Shown here piece after piece: positions 20,684-29,605 of a DNA stretch of 64,000 bases. A program made the position numbers and the translations under genes. The notes under the pieces are model-generated. The model was given only the letters and a program-made list of their open reading frames with translations, did not search any database and was not told the DNA's origin. This DNA comes from Candidatus Dormibacteria bacterium (GTDB lineage Bacteria > Chloroflexota > Dormibacteria > DASZGP01): positions 38,429 to 102,428 of the forward strand of contig JBHEMS010000021.1 of NCBI GenBank assembly GCA_046262455.1, given 5' to 3'. The number at the start of each line of letters is the position of its first letter. Position 1 is the first letter of the stretch.

Positions 20684-22437
20684 TAGTGGGCCTCCACGTA
20701 GTCCAGCAGGCCCTTGCCCAGCGGAATGATCGGGTAGACGTTGGCGTCGGGGTCGATCACGAACTCCATCAGCACCGGGCCCTTGTGGGCCAGCGCCTCA
20801 TCGAGGATGGCCTCGACGTCGTCCTGGCTGGTGGTGCTCAGGCCCTTGATGTCGTAGGCGTCCGCGAGCTTCATGAAGTCCGGCCTATGGGTGAGGTCGA
20901 CCTGCGAGCGGATGCCGCCGTAGAAGTCGTCCTGGAACTGACGCACCATCCCCAGCGAGTAGTTGTTGAGGACCACGATCTTGATGTCGACGTTGTTCTC
21001 GGCGACCGTGGCGAGCTCCTGCATGTTCATCACGAAGCCGCCCTCGCCGGTGACGCAGAAGACGGTCTTGTCGGGACGCGAGAACTTGGCCCCGATCGCC
21101 GCCGGGAAGGCGAAACCCATGCAGCCCGTGCCGCCGCTGTTGAGGAACAGGCCGGGCTTCTCGTAGTCGAACCACAGCGCCGCCCAGATCTGGTTCTGGC
21201 CGACGTCGGCCACCACGATGGCCTCCGAGTCGGCGCGCTTGTACATCGGGATGAGCACCTCCTGCGGCTGCAGCAGCCCGGTCTTGTTGAGGAACCTGAT
21301 GGGGTGCTCCTCCTTCCACTGGTCGATCTGCGTCAGCCACGCGTGCTCACGCTTGGGCTCGACCAGTGGGATCAGCTCCTGGAGGACGGCTTTGGCATCG
21401 CCCACCAGCGGCACCTGGGGCTTGAGGTTCTTGCCGATCTCCGCGGGGTCGATGTCGATATGGACGATGTTCTCCACGTTGGGCGCAAAGCTCTCGAGCT
21501 TGGTGGTGACGCGGTCATCGCACCGCATCCCGATCATCATCAGCAGGTCGCAGTTGTTGACCGAGAGGTTGGTGTAGGGCGCGCCCATGAAACCCACCAT
21601 CTGCAGCGCCAGCGGGTCCCGCAGCGGGAACGCCCCGGTCCCCAGGAGGGTCCAGCCCACCGGGATGTTGGCCTTGTGCGACAGCGCGAGCAACTCCTCC
21701 TCAGCGCCCGAGATGAGCACGCCGCGGCCGCAGAGGATCATCGGGCGCCGGGCGTGCTTGATCAGCTCGGCCACCTTGCGAACCTGGACCGAGTTGCCCC
21801 GGTAAGTCGGGTTGTACGAGCGCATGTGGACGCTGGAGGTGGGGTAGGAGAAGTCGATCGTCTGCTGCTGGATGTCCTTGGGCAGGTCGATCAGCACCGG
21901 GCCCGGGCGGCCGGTGCGGGCGATGTAGAACGCCTCCCGGATCGTCTCGGCGAGGTCGTTGATGTCGGTGACCATGTAGCTGTGCTTGACGACTGACATG
22001 GTGCTGCCGATGACGTCCGACTCCTGGAACGCGTCGGTGCCCACGGCGGAGGTGGCGACCTGGCCGGTGAAGGCGACCATCGGGACGGAGTCGAGGAACG
22101 CGGTGGCAAGACCGGTGACCAGGTTGAGGGCGCCCGGGCCGCTGGTGGCCCAGACCACGCCCACCGCGCCGCGCCGTGCCCGAGAGTAGCCATCGGCCGC
22201 GTGGGCCCCGCCCTGCTCGTGGCGCACCAGGATGTGCTGGATCCGATCGGCGTACTCAGGCAGGACCTGGTAGAGCGGCAGGTTGGCGCCGCCGGGATAG
22301 CCGAAGATCGTGTTCACGCCCTCGCGAATCAGGCACTCCATGACGATCTGCGCCCCGTTCAGGGTGCGCTTCACCTCGGTCGGCTGAGACTTGCCGTTGC
22401 TCGCCGGAGCCTGTGGCTCGACACGATCTGTCGCCAT
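20683..22437 (-). CDS. ilvB: Acetolactate synthase large subunit
   Basis: Real start MATDRVEPQ...KRTLNGAQIVMECLIREGVNTIFGYPGG at the ATG at 22437. The ORF track extends to 22767 through the upstream small ORF in another frame. TPP- and FAD-binding ALS signatures throughout. Confidence 0.9.
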   Translation of the reverse strand: MATDRVEPQAPASNGKSQPTEVKRTLNGAQIVMECLIREGVNTIFGYPGGANLPLYQVLPEYADRIQHILVRHEQGGAHAADGYSRARRGAVGVVWATSGPGALNLVTGLATAFLDSVPMVAFTGQVATSAVGTDAFQESDVIGSTMSVVKHSYMVTDINDLAETIREAFYIARTGRPGPVLIDLPKDIQQQTIDFSYPTSSVHMRSYNPTYRGNSVQVRKVAELIKHARRPMILCGRGVLISGAEEELLALSHKANIPVGWTLLGTGAFPLRDPLALQMVGFMGAPYTNLSVNNCDLLMMIGMRCDDRVTTKLESFAPNVENIVHIDIDPAEIGKNLKPQVPLVGDAKAVLQELIPLVEPKREHAWLTQIDQWKEEHPIRFLNKTGLLQPQEVLIPMYKRADSEAIVVADVGQNQIWAALWFDYEKPGLFLNSGGTGCMGFAFPAAIGAKFSRPDKTVFCVTGEGGFVMNMQELATVAENNVDIKIVVLNNYSLGMVRQFQDDFYGGIRSQVDLTHRPDFMKLADAYDIKGLSTTSQDDVEAILDEALAHKGPVLMEFVIDPDANVYPIIPLGKGLLDYVEAH

Positions 22438-22631
22438 CAGCCGTACAAATCCTGGATGTCTTCCGTGGTCTTCTCGTCCGCGATGATCTCGTGCAGACGC
22501 TCGTCGCTGGGCGGCTGTGGGTCGCCCTCGATCTTGTTGAGCACGCGGTTGACCACGCGCTCCTTGGGGGCGTGCCCCATGTCGAACATCCGAGCCTGGA
22601 GCTCGAGCTGCTCCTCCTCTTTGTCGGTCAC
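22437..22631 (-). CDS. Small upstream ORF (64 aa, acidic) translationally coupled to ilvB; hypothetical protein or leader-type ORF
   Basis: GTG start at 22631 is preceded by GAGGAGG with a 7-nt spacer. Peptide VTDKEEEQLELQARMFDMGHAPKERVVNRVLNKIEGDPQPPSDERLHEIIADEKTTEDIQDLYG. Its TGA overlaps the ilvB ATG (TGATG). It lies immediately downstream of the T-box terminator. Confidence 0.45.
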   Translation of the reverse strand: MTDKEEEQLELQARMFDMGHAPKERVVNRVLNKIEGDPQPPSDERLHEIIADEKTTEDIQDLYG

Positions 22632-22639
22632 TTTGCCAC

Positions 22640-22990
22640 CTCCTCGGTGTGCCGGTTGGAACCTCCCGGCGGGAAAATAAAAAAGTCCCGTCCCCACTTG
22701 CCTGGGACGAGACTTCAATAGGAAATCCCGCGGTACCACCCGCAATTGCCAGCTCAGAGCCAACCACTCGTAGGTCCGGTATCGAGGACCAGTCCGGCCG
22801 CTGCTACGCCTCACCCTGGGGTGGGTTTCGATCGGCTGCTCGGGGGCGAGTTCAGAAGTCCTTGTGGCTGCCGGCTTGCACCTGACCCGGTTCGCTGAAG
22901 CCCAGGGGCATCCTAGTACTCCCCGTCGTCGCTCTATTCGTATGTGCGTGCCGAGTCTAAGGGCGGCTCACGCGGGGTGTCAAACGCCTC
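22640..22990 (-). promoter_or_regulatory. T-box riboswitch leader (tRNA-responsive transcription attenuation) controlling the ilvBNC-leuACDB-cimA operon; candidate Leu (CUC) specifier
   Basis: The minus strand contains AAUUGCGGGUGGUACCGCGGG (plus 22727..22747). It matches the canonical T-box AAUUAGGGUGGUACCGCGG at 14 of 14 positions in GGGUGGUACCGCGG and includes the UGGU bulge that pairs with an A discriminator. It is followed by a terminator plus U-tract. The leader region is lower in GC than its surroundings. A candidate specifier-loop-like GAACUCG lies about 120 nt upstream (plus ~22847..22853). Confidence 0.7.
22674..22712 (-). terminator. Intrinsic terminator hairpin of the T-box leader
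   Basis: On the minus strand, UCUCGUCCC-AGGCAAGUG-GGGACGGGA forms a 9-bp stem (one G-U pair), followed by CUUUUUUAUUUU. It sits 3' of the T-box sequence and 5' of the SD/GTG of the small ORF. Confidence 0.7.
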
Positions 22991-23005
22991 AAGAATTACC
23001 GCGGC

Positions 23006-25969
23006 TCAATCCCACTCCTGCCAGCTACGACCAAGCGACGATCGGGCCGAGATGAGCTGATCTCTGACCATCGCCAGAGCCCCGGCTACGACCAGCAGGA
23101 GCAGCGCAACCAACCCGAATACCATCCAGAGCGGGAATTGCTGCTGAAGCAGCACCAGCGCACGCAGGGACGCGACCGCGACGCCGACGGCCCCGCCAAT
23201 AACGAGAGCGCGGCTACGCAAGCCCACTCCTGTGATCAGCGCCGAGGTGGACTGCGCCAGTGCCAGCACTGTGAATAACCAGGGAACGGGGTCGTTCAGG
23301 GACTGGAGCAACGTGGTGCCGAGGACCAGCGCCAGGCCGGCGGCAATGGTTCCGACAGGCACCCGTGGGTCGAGGCGAACACGGCGATCGCGGCCGGCCG
23401 CTACCCCCAGGCAAAGGACCACCAGGCCCATCGCTCCGAGGTAGAACTGCGGGTTGGTGAGCCCCAGGTAGTGGTCGATCCAGTAGATGGTGGCGACCGC
23501 CGAAAGACCGGCGGCGTACTCCAGCAGCGGCTGGTCGTAGAGGCGCGCATCGAGTAGGAGCAGGAGGCCCAGCCCCAGGCTGGTCGTCACCCCGGCCAGG
23601 GCCGGGGCGCCCGCCGGGTCAGGCAAGGTCGCCAGCCCCGCCAGCGACGCAAGGGCTGCGCCGCCCAGTCCCGCGGCGCGGTGGGCCATTAGCCAGGGGG
23701 GGTCGGACCGACCGAATTCGCGCCACTCCAGGTGGAGCAGGTAGAACCCAGCCGAGACCACCACCATCGCAACCGGGTAAAAGCCCGACGGAGCGCCCCC
23801 GGACCGTAAAAGCGCCAGCACGGCGGTTCCGAGCATCGGCCCGGCGGCTGCGGCGGCGGCCCCCGACCTCTCCAAAACAGCGAATACATAGACCCCGAGG
23901 CTGTAGAGCAGCAGCGCCCAGCCAAGGGTGGCGTAGTCGCCAGAGCCAGATGCACCCACGCAGACCGCCGCAGCAACGAGTCCCGCCGAGATGGCAATAG
24001 GTCGCATCCATTTGCGGCCAAAGCGTCGCCGCACGGCCAGGGCGGCGATGGCGTAGACCACGGGCAATGGCGCGTAGGCACGGACCAGGTCGCTGGGCCC
24101 GGCGGAGTTAGGGACGGGGACGACCGCGACGACCGTTGCGAACCAGGACAGCGCAAGCAAAGGCGTCGAGACGGCGAGCCAATTTGGCTGTCCGTCCCGG
24201 ACGGCGATGGCTATTCCCACGCTTGCGGCGGCCGCCAGCATCGTCGCCGCGAGCGCGTGCGGCGTCAACGTAAACCCGGCCACGGCGGCAGCCTGGACCG
24301 CGGCACCGGCGAGGAAGAGACGCCGGGCGGCCCGGGTCTGGGGGAGATCGCAGGCCAGTACATAGCCCCAGGCGAGGGCCACCAGGGCCAGGGCCACCAT
24401 CTCCGGGGGCAGATGAAGTGGGAGAGAGGCCTGCAGCACAGTCGCGGAGATGGCCACCGCGGGGACCACCGCCAGCCGCCGCTGGTGCGGTACCAGCACG
24501 GAAAGGGCCAAGATGACGCTCAGCCCGGCCAGGGTCACCGTCATCGGCCAACCGTTCGTTTGGTCGGCGGCGACCAGGATTGCCAGCGCGGCTGCCAGCG
24601 CTACCAGCACCCGGGCGGGCCGGGCGATCGAGGGGCCCAGCCCGCCAACCAGGCCGGGTCGCGCCGACAGTAGCGCTCCCAGCCCAGCAAGGGGGATGAC
24701 CGCCGGGCCGCGCCAAACGCCGAGGTCCACGGCGTAGAGCGCGGCCAGCCACGCCAACGAGGTCGCTCCCAGGGCCATGGATGCCGCGAACCGACTGGGG
24801 CGGGCGAACGCCTGGAGCGCATAAGCGAGGGCGGCAACCGTCAGCGTGACGGCCATGTATCGCATCGCCGGCGCCAATTCCAGGTCGAGGAATCTCGCGA
24901 TCGTCCAGGCTGCCGCCAGCACACCCGCGAGGTGCACGTACCAAGCCGCGCGCGGGCGCCACAGCCCCAGGGAGGTGAGCCGGACACGGGCGTTGGACGC
25001 GATGACATACAGGGCCCCGATCACGGCAAACCAGGCGCCCGCCCACCTGCCGGCGCCCAGGGCTTCAAGGGTGCCTGCCCACGCCACCGCCAGGGCGACC
25101 ATCGCGATGTGCGCGTACCCGGTCGATCGAAGCTGGGTCGCGAGGGTTCCATACAAGCCGGTGCACGCGATGCCGGCGACGGCAACCGTTGCGGCCGGGC
25201 TGACGCCGTAACGCCGAAGCACCAGGAAGCTGTAGGCCGCGGCGAAGTCCAGTGGGGTCAGCAGGGCGGCCACCGCAATGTAACTGCGGCCGACCAGTCG
25301 GAGCCGTGTCGACCGGACGCCCAGGCGCCCGGCATTCGCGAAGAAAATCGTAAGCAAGACGACCGCCGACAGCCGGACCACGCCTTCCGCACCCGTGGTG
25401 CCGTAGACCTCGAAGAGCAGCGTGGCGACGACCAGCAGGAATCCGCCCACGTAGGACAGGACGAGGATCCCGTGCTCGCTGAGGTATCCCTGCATTGAGA
25501 AGGCGGGACCACGCTCGCGGCGGTTTTCAACACCCGCCGCTGCCTTGCCGATGCGACCGTGCGCCATGCGGTCGGCGGGTGCCGGCAGCGCGGGTCGGTC
25601 GGCGGCCCCGGGGGCAGCGACGGCTGAGGCCAGGCGCCGCTGCTCATCGAGCCTGGTCTCGAGCAGGCGCTGAAGCTGGGCCACGCCGGCTGCTGTAAGG
25701 CCGTTCCCCAGCGGCAGCGTCGGCAGCGTGGCGAGTAGCTCCTCGAGCGCGGTCTGTTCCTGGCGAAGCCCCTCGAGGTGAGCAGGGTCCGGCGTCCAGC
25801 CGACTGCCGTGTATGCAGCGATGGCGGCGGCATATCGGCCGAGGCCACGGTCCACGGCGTCGAGCGCGGTTTCGGCGGCCAGGCGGGTCACGTCCGGCGA
25901 GGCGTGCAGGTTGGCGGTCAGCCAGGCCTCCCAGGCCACCGCGCGCTCCTCTCGGCTCACTCCTGTCAA
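23006..25969 (-). CDS. Large polytopic membrane protein of unknown function (N-terminal ~150-aa soluble/coiled-coil domain plus ~25-30 TM helices; DUF2339-like architecture)
   Basis: 987 aa. TTG start at 25969 with GGGGG upstream. After residue ~150 the sequence is continuously hydrophobic, Ala/Leu/Gly-rich helices. No catalytic motif recognised. Confidence 0.55.
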   Translation of the reverse strand: MTGVSREERAVAWEAWLTANLHASPDVTRLAAETALDAVDRGLGRYAAAIAAYTAVGWTPDPAHLEGLRQEQTALEELLATLPTLPLGNGLTAAGVAQLQRLLETRLDEQRRLASAVAAPGAADRPALPAPADRMAHGRIGKAAAGVENRRERGPAFSMQGYLSEHGILVLSYVGGFLLVVATLLFEVYGTTGAEGVVRLSAVVLLTIFFANAGRLGVRSTRLRLVGRSYIAVAALLTPLDFAAAYSFLVLRRYGVSPAATVAVAGIACTGLYGTLATQLRSTGYAHIAMVALAVAWAGTLEALGAGRWAGAWFAVIGALYVIASNARVRLTSLGLWRPRAAWYVHLAGVLAAAWTIARFLDLELAPAMRYMAVTLTVAALAYALQAFARPSRFAASMALGATSLAWLAALYAVDLGVWRGPAVIPLAGLGALLSARPGLVGGLGPSIARPARVLVALAAALAILVAADQTNGWPMTVTLAGLSVILALSVLVPHQRRLAVVPAVAISATVLQASLPLHLPPEMVALALVALAWGYVLACDLPQTRAARRLFLAGAAVQAAAVAGFTLTPHALAATMLAAAASVGIAIAVRDGQPNWLAVSTPLLALSWFATVVAVVPVPNSAGPSDLVRAYAPLPVVYAIAALAVRRRFGRKWMRPIAISAGLVAAAVCVGASGSGDYATLGWALLLYSLGVYVFAVLERSGAAAAAAGPMLGTAVLALLRSGGAPSGFYPVAMVVVSAGFYLLHLEWREFGRSDPPWLMAHRAAGLGGAALASLAGLATLPDPAGAPALAGVTTSLGLGLLLLLDARLYDQPLLEYAAGLSAVATIYWIDHYLGLTNPQFYLGAMGLVVLCLGVAAGRDRRVRLDPRVPVGTIAAGLALVLGTTLLQSLNDPVPWLFTVLALAQSTSALITGVGLRSRALVIGGAVGVAVASLRALVLLQQQFPLWMVFGLVALLLLVVAGALAMVRDQLISARSSLGRSWQEWD

Positions 25970-26029
25970 TTTGCCCCCGCGTTATTCTCCCCCAACTCAG
26001 CCATCGTGGGGCGCGCTCTTACGTCAGAC

Positions 26030-27322
26030 TCACCGGCTGCCGGAAAGCGCCGCCAGGTCGGCGTAGAAGGCCGGATACGAAACGGACGCCGCGTCCGGGT
26101 TGCCGACCACCGTCTGCCCCGAGGCGCAGCTGGCGGCCACTGCAAGCGACATCGCCATGCGGTGGTCACCGAGCGAATCGACCGCGGCGCCGACGAGCCG
26201 GGTGGGGCCCTCGATGACCAGGTCTTCTCCCTCAAGCACGATCGACGCCCCGAGCAGGCGCAACTGGCTGGCCACGGCCTCGATACGGTCAACCTCCTTG
26301 TGACGCAGCTCTCCGAGGCCGCGAAAGCGGCTGGTGCCGGACGCGGCGGTCGCGGCGACCGCGAGGATGGGGACTTCGTCGACAAGGCTGGGGACCTCGG
26401 CGGGCGCGATCTCCGCCGCGGTCAGCCGGCTGGAGCGCACCAGCAGGTCGCCGACGTCCTCGCCCGCCTGGCGCCGCCGGTTCTCAACTTCCACCCGTGC
26501 GCCCATCCGGCGCAGCACCGCTAGGAACCCCGTGCGCATCGGGTTCAGACACACCCCGGTCAGGACGATATCGGCGGAGGGATGGACCGCGGCGAGGACG
26601 GCGAAGAAGGCGGCGGCAGAGGGGTCACCCGGGACCTCCAGGTCGAGCGGCTCCAGCGCGGACGGTGGGAGCACATCGATCTGCCGACCGGTGCGTATGT
26701 CCAATCCCATCAGGCCCAGCATCCGCTCTGTGTGGTCGCGGGTGGGGATGGGTTCGATGATCGACGACGGCCCCTCCGCCTGGAGGGCGGCCAGCACGAC
26801 CGCGGTTTTAACCTGGGCGCTGGCAACCTCCATCGTCAGCCGGCAGCCACGAAGCGCCCGACCGCTGACCTCAACTGGTGGCCCTCCACCGGTTGCGGGC
26901 GCGACCGCCGCGCCCAGGGCGCGGAGCGGCGTCGCCACGCGCATCATCGGCCGCCGGGACAGCGAGGCATCGCCAACAAGCCGAGCGCTGAGGCCGGGGG
27001 TGGCGGCCAGCGCGCCGGTGAGGAAGCGCATGGTGTTGCCCGAGTTACCGCAGTCGAGGTCGCCGATCGGACTGCGCAGGCCGCGCAGACCCACCCCCAC
27101 CACCGTGGTCTGCCCCGCGGACGCCTCCACCTCGACGCCAAGGGCGCGCAGGCACCTCACCATCGACTCCTGGTCCTCGCCAGGCGCGCGGTGCCGAAGC
27201 CGCGAGCGGCCCGTGGCCAGGGCAGCAAGGACCAGCGCTCGGTGGGATATCGACTTGTCGCCGGGGATGTGGATCTCACCCTGCAGGCGCGCCGGCGCGA
27301 CCAACCGAAGCGGGTCGCTCAA
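26030..27322 (-). CDS. aroA: 3-phosphoshikimate 1-carboxyvinyltransferase (EPSP synthase)
   Basis: ...LQGEIHIPGDKSISHRALVLAALATGRSRL...: AroA signature. The real start is assigned to the TTG at 27322, which overlaps the tyrA stop (TTGA) and leaves a 16-residue N-terminus as in E. coli AroA. The ORF-track extension to 27766 overlaps tyrA in another frame. Confidence 0.85.
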   Translation of the reverse strand: MSDPLRLVAPARLQGEIHIPGDKSISHRALVLAALATGRSRLRHRAPGEDQESMVRCLRALGVEVEASAGQTTVVGVGLRGLRSPIGDLDCGNSGNTMRFLTGALAATPGLSARLVGDASLSRRPMMRVATPLRALGAAVAPATGGGPPVEVSGRALRGCRLTMEVASAQVKTAVVLAALQAEGPSSIIEPIPTRDHTERMLGLMGLDIRTGRQIDVLPPSALEPLDLEVPGDPSAAAFFAVLAAVHPSADIVLTGVCLNPMRTGFLAVLRRMGARVEVENRRRQAGEDVGDLLVRSSRLTAAEIAPAEVPSLVDEVPILAVAATAASGTSRFRGLGELRHKEVDRIEAVASQLRLLGASIVLEGEDLVIEGPTRLVGAAVDSLGDHRMAMSLAVAASCASGQTVVGNPDAASVSYPAFYADLAALSGSR

Positions 27323-28188
27323 ACGCGGCCCGGGTGCTCGTCGGCCCAGCGGGCGCGGGTCACTCGGGCCGACTCGAAGATCTCGCCGACCTGGCCGCGG
27401 GCGTCCTCCTGGACAAGGGACTCGAAGCGGTCCAGAACATCCCGCAGGCCGGCCAGCGAGCGCATCACCTCCTGCCGGTTGGCGGCCACGATCGCTGCGT
27501 ACATCTCGGGGTTGCCCGCTCCCAGCCGGCTGATGTCCCTGAACCCGGAGGACGCGAGTTCCGAAGCCGCAGGCCATGCAACGTCCTCCGCCATCGAGGC
27601 GAGGTACGCCGCGCTGAGCACGAACGGGAGGTGGCTGATCATGGCGACGCTGCGGTCGTGGTCCTCGGGAGTCGTGACCAGGGGCACGGCACCCACCGCC
27701 TCGATCGCGGCGACGTAGCGCTCCCATCCACCGGGAAGTTGGCCATCCGACGGGGTCAGCACCCATGGCCGGCCCTGGAAAAGGTCGGCCTCCGCATCGG
27801 CAATCCCCGTGACCACCTTCCCGGCCATCGGGTGACCTCCCAGGAAAGGGTTCCGGTCGGGGTCCAGGACCGTCAGCGCGTGGGCCACCACGCTGGCCTT
27901 GACCGAGCCCACGTCGGTCACCCGGCTGCCCTCAGCCAGGTACGGCGCCGCCTCCTCCAACACCTTTGCGGTGGACCACAGTGGGCAGGCCAGGACCACC
28001 AGGTCGGCCTCGCGCAACAGGGCCAGGTCAGTACCGGCGCGGTCTACTGCGCCGAGCCGCAAAGCGGCGTCGGCGGTTTCCAATCGGCGGCCAACCCCGA
28101 GCACCTCGATCCCGGGTACCCGGGCCCGAAGCGCCAGTCCCAGGGATCCCCCGATCAGCCCGAGGCCGACGATCGCCACCCGTTGCAT
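27319..28188 (-). CDS. tyrA: Prephenate dehydrogenase
   Basis: [35 protein letters not shown]...: Rossmann GxGxxG plus the TyrA core. Start chosen at the ATG at 28188, which overlaps the aroG stop (ATGA). Confidence 0.85.
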   Translation of the reverse strand: MQRVAIVGLGLIGGSLGLALRARVPGIEVLGVGRRLETADAALRLGAVDRAGTDLALLREADLVVLACPLWSTAKVLEEAAPYLAEGSRVTDVGSVKASVVAHALTVLDPDRNPFLGGHPMAGKVVTGIADAEADLFQGRPWVLTPSDGQLPGGWERYVAAIEAVGAVPLVTTPEDHDRSVAMISHLPFVLSAAYLASMAEDVAWPAASELASSGFRDISRLGAGNPEMYAAIVAANRQEVMRSLAGLRDVLDRFESLVQEDARGQVGEIFESARVTRARWADEHPGRV

Positions 28189-29204
28189 CAGTCCAGGCTG
28201 CGCCCCACCGCGTCCGCCACCCTGCGGACCGAGCCCATCAACTTCGCGAAATTGTCGAACTTGAGCGACTGGGGGCCGTCGGAGTACGCCTCGCTGGGGT
28301 TGGGGTGGACCTCGATCATCAGGCCGTCGGCCCCCGCGGCGACCCCGGCGCAGGCCATGGCCGTAACCCAACTCCACTTGCCGGTGCCATGGCTGGGATC
28401 GACGACGATGGGCAGGTGGGAGAGCTCGCGGACCACCGGCACCGCGTTCAGGTCCAGGGTGTTCCGGGTCATCGTCTCGAACGTCCGGATGCCACGCTCA
28501 CACAGGATGACCTGGTAATTGCCGCGGCTCAGGATGTACTCCGCGGCCAGCAGCCACTCCTCTATTGTCGAACTCAATCCCCGCTTTAGAAGGACCGGCT
28601 TGCGCACCATGCCGACCTCGTAGAGGAGGTTGTAGTTCTGCATGTTGCGGGCGCCAATCTGCAGCACGTCGGCGGAGTCCGCAACGGCGGCGACATCGCT
28701 GGCGGCCATCACCTCCGTGACCACCGGCAGGCCGGTCTCCGTCCGCGCCTCCTCCAGCAACTTCAGCCCGTGCACACCCATGCCCTGGAAGGTGTACGGC
28801 GAGGTCCGTGGCTTGAAGGCGCCGCCGCGCAGGAAGTGGGCCCCCGACTCCTTGACCGCGCGCGCCGTGGACATCAGCTGCTCCCGCGACTCGACCGCGC
28901 ACGGCCCGGCCATCACGAAAAGGGTGTCGCCGCCGACCTGTACGCCGCCGACCTTGTATATGGAGTCCTGGGGATGCCACTCCCGGCCCGAGAGCTTGAA
29001 CGGCTTGGTGATCGGGATGATCTGGGAGACCCCCGCCATGTGCACCAGCGAGTCCTTGATCTCGATGGCGTTGGGGCCGATCACCCCGATGATCGTCGTC
29101 GCCTCGCCGTCCGATCGGTGCGCCTTGTACTTGAGGGACTCGATCTGGTGGACCACGCGGTCCACCTGCTCGGGGGTGGCGTCGTGCTGCATGACGACGA
29201 TCAC
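28188..29204 (-). CDS. aroG: 3-deoxy-7-phosphoheptulonate (DAHP) synthase, type I-beta with N-terminal ferredoxin-like regulatory domain (Thermotoga-type)
   Basis: [43 protein letters not shown]...[18 protein letters not shown]...[13 protein letters not shown]...VDPSH...: near-collinear with Thermotoga maritima DAHPS (MIVVLKPG...). GTG start at 29204 overlaps the aroH stop. Confidence 0.88.
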   Translation of the reverse strand: MIVVMQHDATPEQVDRVVHQIESLKYKAHRSDGEATTIIGVIGPNAIEIKDSLVHMAGVSQIIPITKPFKLSGREWHPQDSIYKVGGVQVGGDTLFVMAGPCAVESREQLMSTARAVKESGAHFLRGGAFKPRTSPYTFQGMGVHGLKLLEEARTETGLPVVTEVMAASDVAAVADSADVLQIGARNMQNYNLLYEVGMVRKPVLLKRGLSSTIEEWLLAAEYILSRGNYQVILCERGIRTFETMTRNTLDLNAVPVVRELSHLPIVVDPSHGTGKWSWVTAMACAGVAAGADGLMIEVHPNPSEAYSDGPQSLKFDNFAKLMGSVRRVADAVGRSLD

Positions 29205-29605
29205 CGGGTGACCCCCTTCGCTTCCCGGCGCATTTCGTCAAGGTCCTGCTTGATCGCCGCCGCTCCTCGCAGGTAGACGAAGCGCATCGCAGAGGCCGGC
29301 TTCTCGGTGTTGATCATCACCAGCACGCGGATGCAGCGGGAGATGCTGCGCGGATTGTCGCGGTCGACCTCCATCTCGTGCCCGCAGAGCAGCGGCACCT
29401 CGGTCCAGCCCAGCTGGCGGGCGGCAATCGCGGGGAACTCGGCGTGGACGTCGCGGGTGGTGGTGAACCACGCCCCCGCGATGTCATCGGGGTGAATGTC
29501 ATTGGCCTCGATGAGCTGGATCACCAGCTCGCGGGTGGCCGAGATGATCTCGTCCGCGCTGTCGTTGTCGACCGTGGTCGCACCCCGGATCCCCCTAACT
29601 GCCAA
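29201..29605 (-). CDS. aroH: Chorismate mutase, AroH class (monofunctional)
   Basis: ...[80 protein letters not shown]...[10 protein letters not shown]...: collinear with B. subtilis AroH ([12 protein letters not shown]...). The start is a TTG at 29605 or a GTG at 29614. Confidence 0.85.
   Translation of the reverse strand: MAVRGIRGATTVDNDSADEIISATRELVIQLIEANDIHPDDIAGAWFTTTRDVHAEFPAIAARQLGWTEVPLLCGHEMEVDRDNPRSISRCIRVLVMINTEKPASAMRFVYLRGAAAIKQDLDEMRREAKGVTR

Noticed and set aside
20683-22767. Over-long N-terminal extensions in the ORF track: ilvB 694 aa; also uvrC to 52477, aroA to 27766, trpE to 35588, tyrA to 28377, trpA to 30491, the TGase-like gene to 6874, the Nudix-like gene to 12307, and MoxR to 8929
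   Set aside because: The track extends to the most upstream ATG, GTG or TTG. The extensions overlap upstream genes in other frames and are non-conserved and low-complexity. Homologous N-termini begin at internal start codons that coincide with upstream stop codons.
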